Shown here: in pieces, positions 41,990-52,386 of the stretch
Numbering within the stretch: the stretch's first letter is position 1
Layout of the letters: the number at the start of each line of letters is the position of its first letter
Assembly (NCBI GenBank): GCA_965215885.1
Contig: CBDCEW010000037.1
Span: forward strand, 1 to 60,200
Reading direction: 5' to 3'
Source of the DNA: Candidatus Moanibacter sp.
GTDB lineage: Bacteria; Verrucomicrobiota; Verrucomicrobiia; Opitutales; UBA2987
DNA length: 60,200 nucleotides
Notes under the pieces: generated by a model
The model's input: only the letters and a program-made list of their open reading frames with translations
The model's database searches: none
What the model was told of the DNA's origin: nothing
Program-made: the position numbers and the translations under genes

Positions 41990-42394
41990 CCCTGCGCCCC
42001 GCACCCCGCCGAAGGCCCTGAGCAGCGTCGAAGGGCATCTCGCACCCCACATCCCGTCGAAGCGAAGCGTAGACCCTGAGCCTGTCGAAGGGCATCTCAC
42101 ATCCCTCCATTCTCTTAATTTTCGCGTCTTTTCGCGTGTTTAGCGGGCAATCTCTTTTTACTCGCATTCCGCATCCCGCATCCCCGTTCTCTCTCTTTCC
42201 GGCCCTAGCCGCGGGCCCCCAATTTCGTGAGCAAGAGCTCCTCGCGCTCACTTTCGTTCTGCTGAGTCTGGACAATCGTTCCCGACGGCTCCTCGGTGAG
42301 TACATCACTCAGAAAGTGTGCCGGGGAAACGGGTTTCGAGCATCAATGGAAGATATCCTGTGTCACCCGGGTAGACGAACTTACTTACAAAACA

Positions 42395-43803
42395 GGCGAT
42401 GTCCCGAAAATAGTTGAAAATTAGGGTGGTTCTCCACCTGCCTAACGCTAGGCTAGGCAAGCAGAAATAAAACAAAAAACAGGAGAACCAACCCATGAGA
42501 AAGAGTAGAGGAAAAACGCGAAAAGTCACCCGCAAAACAGCCGGGGTTGAAGTGAGCGGCAAAAAGCTCACGCTGAGTTGGCCGATCGATCAGCTGCTCG
42601 GCGAGGCAGCCGGCCAGATCGAGGCCTTCAGCGCGCAGATCGGCCTGGTAATCATGCAGGCTTTAATGGACCACGAGGTGGGCGAAATGATCGGGCTGTG
42701 GGGTCGGCAGAGCGCCTACCGTCACGGCACGCAACCGGGCTATGTAGTGTATGCAGGGCGCAAGGTGAGCATCGAACGGCCCCGGGTGCGAGGCAAAAAA
42801 GGCGGCGAGGTCGACCTGGATACCTATCGGGCCTTCCAGGGGCAGGACAAGATGCAGGCCGCGGTGGCCCGGCAACTGACCCGCCGGTGCTCGGCCCGCG
42901 ATTATGCCGGAGCGATCGACGATTGCCTGGAGGGCTACGGGATCAGCAAGAGCAGCGTGAGCCGGCAATGGAAGGCGGCTACTGAAAAGGAGCTTGAAAA
43001 GCTCTGCCAGCGGCCAATACCCGAAGGGCTTGTGGCACTGCTTTTGGACGGCAAGCAGGTCAACGAAGATTGCGTGGTGGTGGCCCTGGGAGTCACTGCT
43101 GATGGGCGAAAACAGGTGCTTGGCCTGTGGCATGGAGCGACCGAAAACAGCACCGTGGCCAAAGGTCTGTTGGAGGATCTTATGGAGCGGGGTCTGGATC
43201 CGAGCAACCCGCTTTTGTTCATCATTGACGGATCCAAAGCGCTGCGAAAAGCGATTCGCGAAGTGTTCGGTTCGCATGCCCCGGTGCAACGGTGTCGCGT
43301 GCACAAGCAACGCAATATCCTCGAATATCTACCCAAGCAAAAGAGGCAGCAAGCGATCTGGCGGTTACGAGCTGCCTGGGACAAAAGCGATCCCGAAGAA
43401 GCCAAAGCGCAGTTGCGCAAGACCGTCAGGTGGCTGGATGCAATCAGCCCCTCGGCGGCACGCAGTCTGGAGGAGGGATTGGAGGAGACGTTGACCCTGC
43501 AGAAACTCGGGATCAACGGTACGCTCCTCAAAAGCTTCTCTTCAACCAACCTGATCGAAAGCTGCTTTTCGCACAGCGGCGAGTGGTGCCGTCGAGTGAA
43601 GCATTGGAGGAACGCTAAGATGCTCCTCAGATGGACCGCTGCGGGTCTCTTACACGCCGAGAAAGGCTTTCGGCGGATCCGCGGATACCGAGATCTAAAT
43701 CGACTTGAACATGCTCTTCAAAAGCATATGAATGAATCTCACAAAGAGGCTGCCTGACCTCGGTGGAGGACCACCCAATTTCAACTAAAAATGGGACAAG
43801 CCC
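42395..43803 (+). mobile_element. IS256-family IS with 8-bp target duplication ACAAAACA
   Basis: IRs ggcgatgtcccgaaaatagttgaaa / tttcaactaaaaatgggacaagccc; duplication at 42387-42394 and 43804-43811. Confidence 0.93.
42495..43757 (+). CDS. IS256-family transposase
   Basis: LLDG, IIDGSKAL, QRCRVHKQRN, STNLIES. Confidence 0.95.
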   Translation: MRKSRGKTRKVTRKTAGVEVSGKKLTLSWPIDQLLGEAAGQIEAFSAQIGLVIMQALMDHEVGEMIGLWGRQSAYRHGTQPGYVVYAGRKVSIERPRVRGKKGGEVDLDTYRAFQGQDKMQAAVARQLTRRCSARDYAGAIDDCLEGYGISKSSVSRQWKAATEKELEKLCQRPIPEGLVALLLDGKQVNEDCVVVALGVTADGRKQVLGLWHGATENSTVAKGLLEDLMERGLDPSNPLLFIIDGSKALRKAIREVFGSHAPVQRCRVHKQRNILEYLPKQKRQQAIWRLRAAWDKSDPEEAKAQLRKTVRWLDAISPSAARSLEEGLEETLTLQKLGINGTLLKSFSSTNLIESCFSHSGEWCRRVKHWRNAKMLLRWTAAGLLHAEKGFRRIRGYRDLNRLEHALQKHMNESHKEAA

Positions 43804-43874
43804 ACAAAACATTGCACTTAGATACTAAGCCTGACCCTTTTAACAACCTGGAATATGGACGGGATGTCAGTTAT

Positions 43875-44113
43875 AGGTAAAGTTCCCCATTCAAACCGCT
43901 AATGAACGCAGCTAGACGCTGATATCGCTTCGCGTCCATTTGCGTGGTCTGCCGTACGGCAGACCGGTTCTCTTCTCTATTACTACACACGTCCGAGTTT
44001 TTCATGTACTCGCCCTCCAGGAGAAAAATTCCGCAATTCTAAGAGACCTCCTCGACGAAAGCGCCGCCTCCACCGCACACGTCGGTCTCGGTGAAATCAT
44101 GGCTCTGCTGGAG
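43875..44113 (+). repeat. Second copy of the repeat plus SNF2 tail
   Basis: Matches 39535..39784. Confidence 0.92.
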
Positions 44114-44139
44114 AAGCGAAAAACGTTACCTGATACTCA

Positions 44140-44748
44140 CTAGGAACTCGGAATGCCGATCTCTTTATCAAAAATCTGCTTCTTCTTTTTCCTTAATCGA
44201 AAGATAACGTTTCCCGTCTTTCCAATGCTTCTCTTTACCAAGTCGGGATAGGAGCTTATCAACGCCTCGATGTCCTCCTCTGACATCCCGGTCCTTCTAG
44301 TCAGTGTTCTCAGATTTCTCCATTTAAACGAAGAATTACCCAAATGGTATACAGTTTTTGCGAGATTATCGCCATCGATTTTAAACGTCTTCTTAATGTT
44401 CTCGATTACTTCAACCGTCTCATTCTCTCCTTCTATGGCAACATGGGACAATTGGTCGTCGAGTTGGCTACTAATTTCCTGATCGATATTTTCTCCAATC
44501 TCACTTATCGCGATTTCTTTATCACCCCACTTGAATGTCAAATTTCCTCTGGAAAGCAGGCCCTTCAATGGTACGTAAAATACAGAAACTATAAATCCAA
44601 TAAGAATAAAAGTAAGAAACGGCCAGCTTAAGACGTGTTCGAGAGTAACGCTCTTCGGAGATAAGTATAACAGCACAAGAGTCGAAGCTGCAATTCCACC
44701 CACGAATCCCGAGATCATCGCCACCAGAACAGGATTGGTGTTTTTCAT
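44140..44748 (-). CDS. Two-TM protein with C-terminal wHTH-like segment
   Basis: Two N-terminal hydrophobic helices; FKWRNLRTLTRRTGMSEEDI; AT-rich. Confidence 0.7.
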   Translation of the reverse strand: MKNTNPVLVAMISGFVGGIAASTLVLLYLSPKSVTLEHVLSWPFLTFILIGFIVSVFYVPLKGLLSRGNLTFKWGDKEIAISEIGENIDQEISSQLDDQLSHVAIEGENETVEVIENIKKTFKIDGDNLAKTVYHLGNSSFKWRNLRTLTRRTGMSEEDIEALISSYPDLVKRSIGKTGNVIFRLRKKKKQIFDKEIGIPSS

Positions 44749-45066
44749 TCTATTGTAATCCCTTCTTATTCAAGAAAACGCTCCCTATTAGACCGTGCAT
44801 TCCGCTGTTCAGACAAGATCTTTCCTTCAAGCAAATGCTCGGTGTCGCTGTTAGATAGCATTTGTCGCAATTCGATAATCAATTGCAGTTGTTCACCCAG
44901 CGGAACCGGAATTATTCTTGTGTGTATGCCACCAGCGCTTCCATTTCGCGTCCGAGATATCGGTGATCGGTAAGCCTTGCACGCCGCATTCTGACGTTGA
45001 TTACGAATCGAAAACACGGCTTTTCTAACGAAAGTCCAGCCTCAACAAGAAACGAAAATAGAACTT

Positions 45067-45410
45067 ATGAAGACACGTCTCATACTCTTAGTGCTTTTTC
45101 TCTTCTCCTCTGCTCTTTTCACGAGCTGCGCGACCACGAAACTAAACCTCACCGGCACTCTCGAAGGAGGAATTTTCGCCCCAGGAGGGGAGACGACCGG
45201 ATATAGATTAAATGATGTCTCGGTCGAGGTGGACGTCTCAAAGATTTCTAACCGAGCCGAACTCGAGGGAAAGAGTGTGAAGGTGCCCGGCTTGCCGATT
45301 TTTTCGACCTGATTGCAGGAACGAGTACTGGCTCATTTCAGGAGAGAACCGGCGTCGAAACCGGAAAGCGTTGGGTTTTCGAGGCGGGAGAAGCAGTCGA
45401 AAAATAGCTA
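45067..45410 (+). pseudogene. Small lipoprotein broken by a 41-bp patatin-derived insert
   Basis: Lipobox FTSC; removing 45286..45326 gives ...EGKSVKVTGSFQERTGVETGKRWVFEA...stop. Confidence 0.75.
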
Positions 45411-45469
45411 ATTTCGAGCGCAGCTGCATACAAGTTTCATTAACACCAAACGAGAACGAGGAGGATAAA

Positions 45470-46700
45470 ATGAATGAAATAAACCCAGCATATACACGAA
45501 TTCTGTCAATTGACGGTTCTTTCTCGACCTTCTGCGGGTGGAATCAGGGGAATTATCCCAGGCCAGATCCTGATAACGCTTGAACAGAAGCTCCAAGAAC
45601 TTAGTGAACGCGAAGATGCCCGGCTTGCCGATTTAAAGTCAGGAATACGATTTTCGACCTGATTGCAGGAACGAGTACCGGTGGTATTCTCGCCTGCGTT
45701 TATCTTTGTCCAAACGATGAAAAAGAAGGTGATGAAGAATAAAGGCCAAGATGCGTTTTCAGCCGAGGTCATTGTGAATCGAAGCCGTTGGCTAAACGGT
45801 TGTTGTAGCGGAAATCGAACTCGGCCAGATAACGGTGCAGGTGCTTCTATCTTGATCGCGGCGACGAGATTTTTGACGTCTCAATCTGTCAGAAGATAAA
45901 GTCCCTAGGTGGAGTCGCGGACGAAAAGTATACTGCGGATGAACTTGAAGAGACCTTGGACGGACGGTGAGACATAAACCAAGCAGTTTTCAATGTAACT
46001 TCAAGGGTACGGTGCAACTGATTGGAGCTAATACCCTTTCTTGGTGGCACACATTGAGCTGAAGGATCTTCTTCGACCCTGTCTAATCACCAGCTACGAT
46101 ATAAAAAATCGAAGAACGGTAAAATTTTTTTTTAATCAAAAGAATGCGAATGCGAAGAATGACCCTCGATCGAACTTCTATGTCAAGGATGTGGCCCGTG
46201 CAACGTCTGCCGCGCCCACCTATTTCGAAGTGGCACGGATCAAATCACTCGCAAATGTTCCATATCCCCTTGTCGATGGTGGCGTATTTGCGAACAATCC
46301 ATCCCTATGCGCCTATGCTGAAGCCCGCAAGTTCGACCATAAACCTACCGCAAAGGATATGGTCATTCTCTCGCTCGGTACTGGAGAGGATAAAGATTCC
46401 TATCCATACAAAAAGGCCAAAGACTGGGGCCAGCTTGCCTGGATAAAACCCCTTCTCAACATCATGATGTCCGGCGTGTCCGAGACAGTCGACTACCAAC
46501 TAAAACAGATTTTTCATTCGGTCGGAAAGCCGGAACAGTATCTCCGTATCCAAACCGACATCCCTCCTCCTGCATCTTCCGAAATGGACAACGCTTCACC
46601 GGAGAATATGACTGCCCTCAGGGACCTGGGTGAGAAGGCCGCGACCAGATTTGAAAGCGAACTGGATCAAATGGCCAATCTGCTCGTTGGCGACGAATGA
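45470..46700 (+). pseudogene. Patatin-like phospholipase (CapV-like) with multiple short inserts
   Basis: [46 protein letters not shown]; 5' half broken by inserts. Confidence 0.88.
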
Positions 46701-46941
46701 CTCTCGAAGCCCCAAGGGAAGGACACTAAGCAGGTCGCCCAAACGACTAGGTTCGGTGGTATCAGACGCTCTGCGACCCCAACTTCTCGAAACTTCTAAA
46801 ATCTTCGCGGTCCATAATTGCATGGGTGATCTTTAGTCCCTTACACACTGAATACCTCGACCTTAGTAGCCACTGCACCCAGCATTTGTTAGCCGTCTTC
46901 GATACGTCGCCGTAATACGCTCTGAATCAGATGAATTCTGT

Positions 46942-47706
46942 ATGACGAAGGACGGTTATCACGGTAGGGAAGAGAAATCGAACGGTTCAATCGAGCCCGA
47001 GCCGCCTCGATTGCTAAAGGAAATTAAATGGTATATATTGCATGGGAAGAAACACCGCAGGATCATTTTCATCGGCATTATCTTCATGCTGGCTACCACT
47101 TTAACGATCAAATACGCTTGGAGATATTATATTGATTTACTCTCCTCCTCAGCAGAACACAAAACGAGAATAGAAGTCAGAACATCAGGTGTAAAACAGA
47201 ATGGTTATCCTGATAGCATTGAAGTGATCGTTTCACCCCTCCCTCCAATCAGGCTATCTCTGGTAAACAGCTCTTACGAGGACATGAATTCACAGAGTAG
47301 CAAACCAATCAAGCCATTCTATATCTCGGAAAAACCAATCTCCGTGGCCGTTCTAAAACTCTACGCACGGGAGACGATGCGTTCAGTTTCATTGCAACTG
47401 AATGAATACCCAAATAGTGATCCAATCCGCTTTACTTCCATAGACGAGGCGTTAGGAATCACCGAATGGTTAAAAGGGCGATTACCCACTTATGAAGAGT
47501 GGCTGACTGCATTTCGAGAAACTGCGATTATTCCAGCCGATAGGGATGAATTTGCTTCTGATCCATCTCGCTCAGGCATGTTTTTTTCGATTGATTACCA
47601 TGGAAACGTGAACGAACCTACCCCAAGTTTGATTCCCCCAGGTTTAAGGAATTTCAATCGTCGAGTACCGTATTCGTTCAGGATTGCGATTAGCGCAGAT
47701 AATTAG
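46942..47706 (+). CDS. Membrane-anchored protein with divergent FGE/SUMF1-like domain
   Basis: One TM helix; PFYISEKPIS, GRLPTYEEW, terminal SFRIA. Confidence 0.65.
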   Translation: MTKDGYHGREEKSNGSIEPEPPRLLKEIKWYILHGKKHRRIIFIGIIFMLATTLTIKYAWRYYIDLLSSSAEHKTRIEVRTSGVKQNGYPDSIEVIVSPLPPIRLSLVNSSYEDMNSQSSKPIKPFYISEKPISVAVLKLYARETMRSVSLQLNEYPNSDPIRFTSIDEALGITEWLKGRLPTYEEWLTAFRETAIIPADRDEFASDPSRSGMFFSIDYHGNVNEPTPSLIPPGLRNFNRRVPYSFRIAISADN

Positions 47707-48030
47707 GCGTCTGATCTCCGAATTCGGTTAAACTCAGACAGGCGAATGAGGGGCCCAGCTTCCGAAACTAGCATGAAGATTTACCGCTTAACAATTACAG
47801 TTTAGGGGAATGAATGGCGGTTCGTAGAATCTGTCGCCGTTAGATACTAAATGTCGCTTTTAGATAACGTTGTGTGATTGCCCAACTCGGGAGAAAGCGA
47901 GTCTAATTTGTAAATCGTCGTTGGCGCTATGGCAGTCTGTCCGTTCTTGGTGTCCATGTCAACCGAGAAGAGATGCCTCCAGAAAACATACCGATTGGAG
48001 AGATAGATTCGTGAATCCAGTCAGTTTGCC

Positions 48031-50484
48031 ATGAGTGATCTCGAAAATAAGCAAGGAGGTGATAACCCTACGGTCGACGCCAAAGCCAAGGGTGACGGGG
48101 TTAAGACGGCCGTCAAGAAACGGCCGAGGGCCGAAGAGAGCCGGCTCTACGAATTCTGGTTGAGCCCTGGGCTTGAGTTCATGCGCGATCGCATATTCGG
48201 GATCTGGATGACGTGTTGGTTTCACCTCATCCTCGTGGCCGGGGCTTTCGTCGCCTTCATCTGGATCTACTTTCTTCTCCACCTGAAGCCTAACGATTGG
48301 ATTGATCCGATTGAAAAAGAAAAGCTGACGACACCGAACGGTTGTAGCGAGGAAGGATTGCGAGACAGAGGGTCGTCTTGGAGCCTGTACCCTGATTACA
48401 TCCGCGATTTCCGCTCTCTCAGTGCGAAGGCGATGAAAGGGTATCAGATCGCAGTCAACAAAGAGGACGGCCAGTTGGCGCTTCTCTTCCGCGGAAGACC
48501 GGTTGTTCTGAATCCTCTGGATCCAAAAAACGAAATTTCTCGACGGGGTCCCTTCGGCATCGGCAATACGATTGCCTTTCAGGGGTCACTGGCTCAGTTC
48601 CAAGCTGAGACGGAGGAGTTTAATCATCTCCTCAACTCCGAGATCGGCCGAGTATGGGACAGTCTTGGGACTGGTCGTGGCCGCACTAAGAAATTGAGTC
48701 TAGTCTTTTTCTTAACAGGGGAGGGAGAACGCTACCTCGTCCTAAACAACAAAGCAGTAGCAGAATTCCGGGGCACACCTTCATTGAACTGGCTGCCGAA
48801 GCTAGAGCGACTCTTTCTTAGGGCTAGTGTACTAGATCGTTCCGGTATCGGTAAACCCGTGGGGCCTCCCGATGATCGACCCGGCGAAGATGCGGCACGG
48901 GCAGAGCGTGAAGAGGCCCGACTGGGCCTCATCCTTGAAAGAATATACGACGAGTTTGAACAACCAAAGCTTTCTCGATCGTCCGAGGCTCCCGTCGAGA
49001 GTGAATATATCAAGGGAAAAGATGATTCAACAGAAGTAGCCGTTGGACCGGTGGAATCGATTCCCAAGAAGACCTGGGTCGATCGGGCAGACAGAATACT
49101 GCGTTTACACTTCGCCGAACTCGCCAGTGAAATAGACTTTAGCGAAGAAATGCTACAGAGTTTTCTCGAGGAGATCTACAATCGAGAGCTTCGCGCTTCG
49201 AAGAAGGATTTAGTCGGGCACTACCTGGATCACCTGGATCTTTTTTATCCTTCGAAGAGGAACAAGCGTTTGCGCGAAGCGTTGAGGAGTTTCTTAGAGA
49301 CGTTCTTAAAAGAATGGAAACTAGAAAGGCATCTCGAGTTCGAGGAGAAAACCAGCCATCCAACGAAATTCGAAAAGAAGCACTTAAGAGGGCATGCAAA
49401 GACATTTCCGCTCCCGACGAAGCACCAATGGGTAGAAAGGCATCTCAAGATCGAGAAGGAAACCAGCCATCTAACGAAATTCGGAAAGGAGCACTTTAGA
49501 GGGCATGCAAAAGAAATCTTGGATAAAATCTACGACGATATTTTAATCAAAGAAGGGCGAACAGAATGGATTAATAGGCAGGTTTCCAAACTCAAGGAAA
49601 TGATAAGTTCGACCGCAGAGCAGGACACTTGGATCAGTAGATATCAACGTAAGGTCATTGCCGCGAGTGAGCATTTCGCCCACCTCTGGAGCATCGGCGA
49701 TAGTGCGGAACTCACAGATGATGAGCAGAAACAAATCAGGAAGAAACTTAATCACTGGGCAGCCACGGCTGCGAAAGCGTTCTGCCCTCAGGCTCGGGAA
49801 GGGAAACCGTCTCAGTTGCCGAGCCCTTGCATCGACAGTCAGCAGTATCTTTATAAGGGTCGAAAAGATAAAGGTGGGGAAGATAACCGTCGGGAAGACA
49901 ACTACGAAGTGGTCCTTTCATCTGCCATCTCCTGTGCAAATCAACGCCTGCACGGAGAACTCCAGCATATTTCTGAAAAGGAAGTTGGGTTTTTCTGGAT
50001 CATCGGCGCATATCGTTGGCTCGAACTCGCGCTCTGGACCTGTTTTGGCGTCTTTACCCACAACCTTTATTGGATCGGTATGTACTGCGCCGGGAAAAGG
50101 GAAGATGTGGAAAACCCCTGGAATCCGAACAACACTCCTCGCGATTTCGCCAGATTGCTCTATGCGCCATTATTGACGATCGCACTCTTTATGATAGCCG
50201 AGTATGCCGGTTTTACTAGGGAGGCCTCTGAATTGAACCGCAGCACGCTCGTCCCTCTCGGAATTGCCTTCATCCTCGGCCTCTTCCCAAATACTGCTTA
50301 CCGCATCATTAGTAGGATACCTACTACGCTCTTCCAAAAGGAAGTCACTTCCGCCGAGGAGAAGGAGAAGAAGCGAGATTTGGAACCCCGCAAGGCAAGC
50401 ACCCGGAAGCTTACCTTGGGCGCCGTGACCGTCGATGATTTAAACAAGAACATTAAAGAACTCCTTACGACAATGCTCCGATGA
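48031..50484 (+). CDS. 817-aa hypothetical membrane protein
   Basis: N-terminal TM, large soluble region with a 37-aa duplication, three C-terminal TM helices. Confidence 0.8.
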   Translation: MSDLENKQGGDNPTVDAKAKGDGVKTAVKKRPRAEESRLYEFWLSPGLEFMRDRIFGIWMTCWFHLILVAGAFVAFIWIYFLLHLKPNDWIDPIEKEKLTTPNGCSEEGLRDRGSSWSLYPDYIRDFRSLSAKAMKGYQIAVNKEDGQLALLFRGRPVVLNPLDPKNEISRRGPFGIGNTIAFQGSLAQFQAETEEFNHLLNSEIGRVWDSLGTGRGRTKKLSLVFFLTGEGERYLVLNNKAVAEFRGTPSLNWLPKLERLFLRASVLDRSGIGKPVGPPDDRPGEDAARAEREEARLGLILERIYDEFEQPKLSRSSEAPVESEYIKGKDDSTEVAVGPVESIPKKTWVDRADRILRLHFAELASEIDFSEEMLQSFLEEIYNRELRASKKDLVGHYLDHLDLFYPSKRNKRLREALRSFLETFLKEWKLERHLEFEEKTSHPTKFEKKHLRGHAKTFPLPTKHQWVERHLKIEKETSHLTKFGKEHFRGHAKEILDKIYDDILIKEGRTEWINRQVSKLKEMISSTAEQDTWISRYQRKVIAASEHFAHLWSIGDSAELTDDEQKQIRKKLNHWAATAAKAFCPQAREGKPSQLPSPCIDSQQYLYKGRKDKGGEDNRREDNYEVVLSSAISCANQRLHGELQHISEKEVGFFWIIGAYRWLELALWTCFGVFTHNLYWIGMYCAGKREDVENPWNPNNTPRDFARLLYAPLLTIALFMIAEYAGFTREASELNRSTLVPLGIAFILGLFPNTAYRIISRIPTTLFQKEVTSAEEKEKKRDLEPRKASTRKLTLGAVTVDDLNKNIKELLTTMLR

Positions 50485-50497
50485 ACATTACAAGCCC

Positions 50498-51394
50498 ATG
50501 AGATCACTAATCAGCCAACCGAAGAACGCGATTGCAACGTTTTGCCTTGTGGCGCTATCTTTAGTCACATCGGGATGTTTCAAAACGCTGTTCCCGCCAC
50601 GCGACGAGGCCAAAGCGGTAGTGCGCGAATTGGGTAAGACTCTCGAAAAGCGCGAGCAAAGCCTCGATCGGACCCTCGAGAGCCTCCTGACCGATTACCT
50701 TGCGGCAGAAGCGGGTCGGCTCGAGGGTGAATGGAATTATGAGATCGCCCTGCTGAAGGCGCACGTCTACACTGAAACCGAGAGCAAGTATGAGGCCCTC
50801 CGCGAATATGCGGGGTCCGAACTTCGCGTTGCTCTTGAACCTACTCTGGACGGCCTCAAGAACCAACTCGACGAAGAACGCCGAAAGATTGAAAACGGAG
50901 CCGGAAGCCTTGAACGAGAGCATAAGATTGCGGTGCAGCTCTCCTCCACGCTGGCCTACGCGCACCTGAGCGCGGAAAAGATTGATAAAAAGCTTCGTGT
51001 CAGATTCAAAGAAGTGCGGACTCAGCTTATCTCTGATATCGATGGACTCCAATCCAGCCGTCCAACCTTTGATTCCAGCGCGGAAGCGGCGCAACTCATG
51101 AGTAAGTTCCGCGTGGCCAACCGGCCTTTTCGAGATGGCTTGGACGAGGCTCTCGACGCATTGGAGGACTATATTGAGAATTCAAATCCAGTGGAACTTT
51201 TCGCAAGGGGCTTTTTTGGCGATACCTTCTCCAGTATCCTCGTAGATCTCAAGGGAGTTGTGAGCGAGAAGAAGGAGGAGATCAAGAAGACGATCGTCAA
51301 AGAAACCGAGGGAATGAAAGAAGAAATCGATGAGAAGACGGACATTACGGCCGACGAGATTCTCAGCGAACCGCCGAGTCCGTTAAACCTTTGA
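50498..51394 (+). CDS. Coiled-coil lipoprotein
   Basis: Lipobox VTSGC; helical, E/K/L-rich. Confidence 0.75.
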   Translation: MRSLISQPKNAIATFCLVALSLVTSGCFKTLFPPRDEAKAVVRELGKTLEKREQSLDRTLESLLTDYLAAEAGRLEGEWNYEIALLKAHVYTETESKYEALREYAGSELRVALEPTLDGLKNQLDEERRKIENGAGSLEREHKIAVQLSSTLAYAHLSAEKIDKKLRVRFKEVRTQLISDIDGLQSSRPTFDSSAEAAQLMSKFRVANRPFRDGLDEALDALEDYIENSNPVELFARGFFGDTFSSILVDLKGVVSEKKEEIKKTIVKETEGMKEEIDEKTDITADEILSEPPSPLNL

Positions 51395-51420
51395 CAATAG
51401 ACAGGAAAGGACCGAAACCG

Positions 51421-52386
51421 ATGCTAAATCTTCGAGAAGACTACTACGACGCCATTAAACGCTACGGACCCGAGCCCGCCAAGAAGGCGATCGATCGACA
51501 GGTCGAGGTGATCAATAAGAGGATCGATGAAGAGTTCGAGGACTTTGCGGCGAACCTCAAAGGCCAGATAGAAAAGAGGATTGAGGAATTGAGAAATGAA
51601 CAGACAGCCGAGATCGCAGCCTTGCGAGAGCGTGTTGAAGATAAAATCAGTGACCTTAAGAATGAAGTTGAAAAGGCGTTAGGAACCGTTGAAGCAAAGC
51701 TCGAGGAGAGCGAGACGAAACAGGAGAAAGCACAAGACGAACTCGAGGACGTGAAGTCTTCGGCAAACGAAATTGAAGAAGCAGTGAAAGATGTTGTAGG
51801 CAGCGCCGTGAAGCTCACAAGAGAAGCGCCGGCCGACGGAAATAATGTAAAGGACGTTCTGGCAGAAGCCCGCAAAGAGGTATCAGATATCGTGACAGAG
51901 GAAATCGACAAGGTCGTCAGTGCGTTGCCTGACAGCGACTCGATCACGACGCCTATCACTATAGCACTCGGAGAGGTTGCTTCGAAAGTAGATTCTGTTC
52001 TAACTGAAACCGAAACAAAGGTCGTAGAAGAGATAGACGGTGTGGCGAAGGCCACAGAGATTCTAGGAGAAACGGCGGGAGAAAAGGTTGGAAGTACCCA
52101 AACGAAGATAGCCGACACAGAAAAAGCTCAACAAGAGGTCAAAGAAAAGATCTCTGAAGCCAAGAGTGAAGTAGCGAAGACAATAGGAGAGGCAGAAGTT
52201 ACCTTGAGCAGCGCGACGGATGCCCTGAAAACCGCGACAGGCGCTTACACTAAACGGATCAAAGGATATGGTGAGAAGGCGCGAGAGGCCATTATCGCTT
52301 CCTTCAGAGGCGCCGGAATACCTGTTCCGTCGATTGGTTCAGAAAGCGGTGGAAATAGTACAGATGACGACACAACCTCCAGCTAG
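51421..52386 (+). CDS. Acidic amphipathic-helix protein (apolipoprotein-like composition)
   Basis: E/K/A/T/V-rich helical sequence; ATG 51421 follows an AGGA-type RBS. Confidence 0.75.
   Translation: MLNLREDYYDAIKRYGPEPAKKAIDRQVEVINKRIDEEFEDFAANLKGQIEKRIEELRNEQTAEIAALRERVEDKISDLKNEVEKALGTVEAKLEESETKQEKAQDELEDVKSSANEIEEAVKDVVGSAVKLTREAPADGNNVKDVLAEARKEVSDIVTEEIDKVVSALPDSDSITTPITIALGEVASKVDSVLTETETKVVEEIDGVAKATEILGETAGEKVGSTQTKIADTEKAQQEVKEKISEAKSEVAKTIGEAEVTLSSATDALKTATGAYTKRIKGYGEKAREAIIASFRGAGIPVPSIGSESGGNSTDDDTTSS

Noticed and set aside
47786..47845. attC-like site (GCTTAAC...GTTAGAT), plus GTTAG motifs at about 46888, 53058 and 59288
   Set aside because: Inner arms pair poorly, the other motifs lack partner boxes, and there is no integron integrase; unsupported without a covariance search.
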